DNA of 64,000 nucleotides from the human T2T-CHM13v2.0 reference genome, Homo sapiens. The position numbers and the translations under genes were made by a program. The stretch is taken from assembly GCF_009914755.1 (NCBI RefSeq), contig NC_060931.1; one strand, 5' to 3'. The notes beneath the pieces are model-generated. The model did no database searches, was not told the DNA's origin, and saw nothing but the letters and a program-made list of their open reading frames with translations. Positions 58,276 through 64,000 of the stretch are shown here, piece by piece. Positions within the stretch are counted from its first letter, which is position 1. Each line of letters opens with the position of its first letter.

Positions 58276-58466
58276 GTAAGTGTAATAATGTAGGATGAGT
58301 AAATAGTAGAAGAATTTTATAAAATAATTTAAAACTGATTAACCAGCTTTATGTTTTGGAAACTAATAAAAATTTTTAATACAGACTAAAATTTGCCAGT
58401 AGCTGTATTACATCTTGTGAATCAGTTTGTGACTCATGAAATAAGTCATGAGTCTCTACAAGATAT

Positions 58467-58600
58467 GAGAACATACCTTGTAGAATTTCAGTTGTATTAA
58501 ATTTGTTGAGGTTTGTTTTATGGCTCAGAATATGGCCTGTCTTGGTAAATGTTCTATGTACACCTGAAGGGAAGACATATTTTGCTGTTGTTCTATGGAA
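58467..58600 (-). repeat. 134-bp local duplicate of L1 segment 60047-60180
   Basis: Ungapped alignment, 9 mismatches in 134 nt by manual count. Confidence 0.9.
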
Positions 58601-59529
58601 ATAAGTCCTCTTAACTGGGGATAAGTCAGTAGAAAGAAATATTTGACATAGTGAATGGTTTATAAATGAGAAAGTAATTAAATGAAAATGCTTCTGTGGG
58701 TAGAAAATTACTAACCTCATGCTGCCCTAAGGATTAGTGCTAAGGTTGCTTTATTTAATATTTTTATACATGATTTGGAAGAGGCACAGTGGAAAAATTG
58801 CATTTTATAGATAATTGTTTAGATTTTTTTTTTTTTTGAGATGGAGTCTTGCTCTATTGCGCCCAGGCTGGAGTGCAGTGGTGTGATCTTGGCTCACTGC
58901 AATCTCCGCCTCCTGGGTAAGTGATTCTCCTGCCACAGTCTCCCAAGTAGCTGGGATTACAGGCGCCCGCCACCACACCTGGGTAGTTTTTTGTATTTTT
59001 ATTAGAATGGGGTTTCACCATATTGGCCAGGCTGGTCTTGAACAGGTGATCTGCCCACCTCGGCCTCCCAAAATGCTGGGATTGCAGGTGTGAGCCACCA
59101 TGCCTGGCCCGATTGTTTAGATTCTGAATTGCAGTGTATAAAAGGGCTTCAGCATGGATACAGGTAAAATAATGAATTTAAGAAACCGTAACACAAAGGC
59201 TGCTTTTGAATAGATAGCTTGAGCTGTAACTGTCATCTGAAAAGCGATTCTTAGAGCTATTTCAAACAGTTCCTTATAGTATATGCTCTGTGTGCTGTTT
59301 TGTGCCAAAGAAGCCATCAAATGTTGGCGGGAAGTAAATGAGGGAGAAAAACGTCTTTTTTTGTGTTTATATTATAAAACCACCTATTTCAAATGTACAG
59401 TTTTTACATTTGAATGCACCCTGAAAGGTCTACACTTGTAATATATTGTGCAGTTTTGGTACCATACCTCCTGAAAAGTATAAATTGATTATCATAAATT
59501 TGCCCTTAGGATTCTTGTATTATTTTTAT

Positions 59530-60320
59530 TTTTATAGGATCTATAGTGATTTTTCTCTTTAATTCCTAAAATTGGTAATTTGTGTCTTCTCCCCCAGTTC
59601 TTAGTTAACCTTGCTTGAAGTTTATTGATCTTATTGATCTTTCCAGTGAATTAGCTTTTAGCTTCATTGATTTTCTTATATTTTGCTTCACCATTGTTGA
59701 TTTTTGCTATTATGTTTATTATTTTCTTCCCTCTGCCTTGGGTTTAATTTGCTCCCTTAATTTTGTTTTTTAAGATATAAGCTTAGATTATTGATTTTAA
59801 ATATTTCTTTTTTCTAATATGAGCATTTAATAATGCTATACATTTACCTCCAATCACTGCTTTAGCTATGCCACACAAATTTTGATATGTTGCATTTTCT
59901 TTTTTGTTCAGTTTAATATGTTTTCTAATTTTCCTTGAGACTTCTTTGATTGATGGGTTATTTAGCAGTGTGTTGTTTAATTTCCAGGTAGTTCACAGAC
60001 TTTCAGATCTCTGTCACAGGTTTCTAGTTTAATTCCGTTGTGCTCAGAGAACACGCCTTGTAGAATTTCAGTTGTATTAAATTTGTTGAGGTTTGTTTTA
60101 TGGCTCAGAATATGGCCTATCTTGGTAAATATTTTATGTACACCTGAAAGGAACACATATTTTGCTGCTGTTCTGTGGAATGTTCTACAAGTGTCAATTA
60201 AGTCAAGTTGGTTGATGCTGTTTTTCAAGTTTTCCATATCCTTACTGATTTTCTGTGTACTTGTTCCATTGAATATTGAGAGAGGAGTGTTGATATTTCC
60301 AACTGTAATTGTGGATTTGT
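59530..60320 (-). mobile_element. Old L1M ORF2 fragment in intron 8
   Basis: Minus-strand ORF ..NQLDLIDTCRTFH..KIGHILSHKTNLNKF..FSEHNGIKLE resembles the L1 endonuclease C-terminal part. Confidence 0.85.
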
Positions 60321-60398
60321 CTAGCTATGTTTTTTTTTTTTTTAACAGAATTTGTTTCTTATTTTTGTTGGCATTTAGTTCACACAAATGTTGTGAAG

Positions 60399-60609
60399 CA
60401 GTGATTCTCAACTGAGGTATAATGTTCTTCAGAGTGTGTTTGGGAAATGAGTGGGGCCAGTTTTGCTTGTTATGATGACTCTGGTGTTGTTATTGATAGT
60501 TGGTAGGTAGTTCCAAGGATGCTAAATGTCCTGGAATATTCAGGATAATCCAACCCAGTGAAGAAACATTGTGCCCAAATGTCAGTAATGTCCCCACTGA
60601 GAAATACTA
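60399..60609 (+). mobile_element. MER20-like hAT DNA transposon
   Basis: CAGTGATTCTCAAC ... CCAAGGATGCTAAATGTCCT ... GCCCAAATGTCAGTAATG..CTGAGAAA. Confidence 0.7.
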
Positions 60610-60848
60610 CAGTTAAGTTCAACTTTTCTATAGTGGAAAATGCATTCAAGTTTTAAGATATTATACATTATGGGTAGTAATATTGCAAATAAGATTCCTG
60701 GCATGTTTCTTCATGTCACCTAAAGTGGAATAGATATTTAAAAAATATATTCTTGTATGTAGTCACTTTAAGACAGTTGCCTGATTTCATTATTACTAGC
60801 ATGTACAATACATTTACATATTAAAACTATATCTAATAAATTTAATAG

Positions 60849-60965
60849 GTGAAACAGCTGAGGAATCGGGCAGATGAAGATGCTCGAATGATTCACATGA
60901 GTATGCAGATGGGTAATGAACCCCCCATTTCACTTAGAAGGGACCTGGAACACTTAATGCTTTTG
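60849..60965 (+). CDS. NUP205: NUP205 exon 9 (117 nt; VKQLRNRADEDAR...HLMLL)
   Basis: taatag| acceptor, TTG|gtaagc donor; in frame. Confidence 0.96.
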
Positions 60966-61128
60966 GTAAGCCATTATATTAGAAAGCTTGTCCTCTTTCC
61001 CTCCTTTCATTATTTTTTCCCCTAACTTTGGAAAATTTCAGGTGTAATACTTTAAATGTCCTTTTTTTTATTGAAAGTAATTTTTCAGTCATAGACATTT
61101 CCCTACAGTCTTTGCTTACTCTTTGCAG

Positions 61129-61266
61129 ATTGGCGAGCTATATAAAAAGAACCCTTTTCATCTGGAGCTTGCTCTAGAATATTGGTGTCCCACAGAGCCT
61201 CTTCAGACTCCGACTATCATGGGCTCTTATCTAGGGGTGGCTCATCAGCGGCCCCCTCAACGCCAG
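61129..61266 (+). CDS. NUP205: NUP205 exon 10 (138 nt; IGELYKKNPF...PPQRQ); gene continues beyond window
   Basis: ttgcag| acceptor, CAG|gtgagt donor; cumulative CDS 1473 nt = 491 codons with no stop. Confidence 0.96.
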
Positions 61267-61406
61267 GTGAGTCTTTAGGTTTTCCTCTTTTATACTCTGG
61301 TACTGTGATAGAGAGTCTTGAAAACATGAAAGATATTACTTCCTGATTTTATTGCTGTTAACACAAATGATCACTAGTGTAACCTTTAGAGACTTACACT
61401 TTTTAA

Positions 61407-64000
<2,594 letters not shown>

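Noticed and set aside
61015-61030. TCCCCTAAC, resembling a U12 branch site, in the 163-bp intron 9
   Set aside because: The donor is GTAAGC (U2-type), not RTATCCTT, and the motif lies ~100 nt from the acceptor.

Overview
Human (primate) genomic DNA, very Alu-dense (roughly 65-70 Alu/FLAM elements by my manual count). The right half holds the promoter and first 10 coding exons of NUP205 (nucleoporin 205 kDa, + strand; ATG at 31182). The exons splice into an uninterrupted 491-codon frame, MATPLAVNSAASLWGPYKDIW...AHQRPPQRQ, and the gene continues past the window end. The left ~30 kb is intergenic and made mostly of Alu, L1M, L2, MIR, MaLR LTR and DNA-transposon remnants. Nearly all ORFs in the six-frame track are Alu/L1 artefacts. 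I see no evidence for a new protein-coding system. The most interesting signals are structural: (1) a BC200 (BCYRN1) retrocopy fused to an Alu inside one TSD; (2) a TSD-flanked, polyadenylated composite retro-insertion just after exon 2; (3) several junctions that look like fossil templated-insertion/fold-back repair scars; (4) a GC-AG intron with an in-frame alternative GT donor, next to a weak donor; (5) a three-layer MIR>MADE1>Alu nest. Repeat subfamily names are from memory of consensus sequences, and repeat boundaries are approximate.
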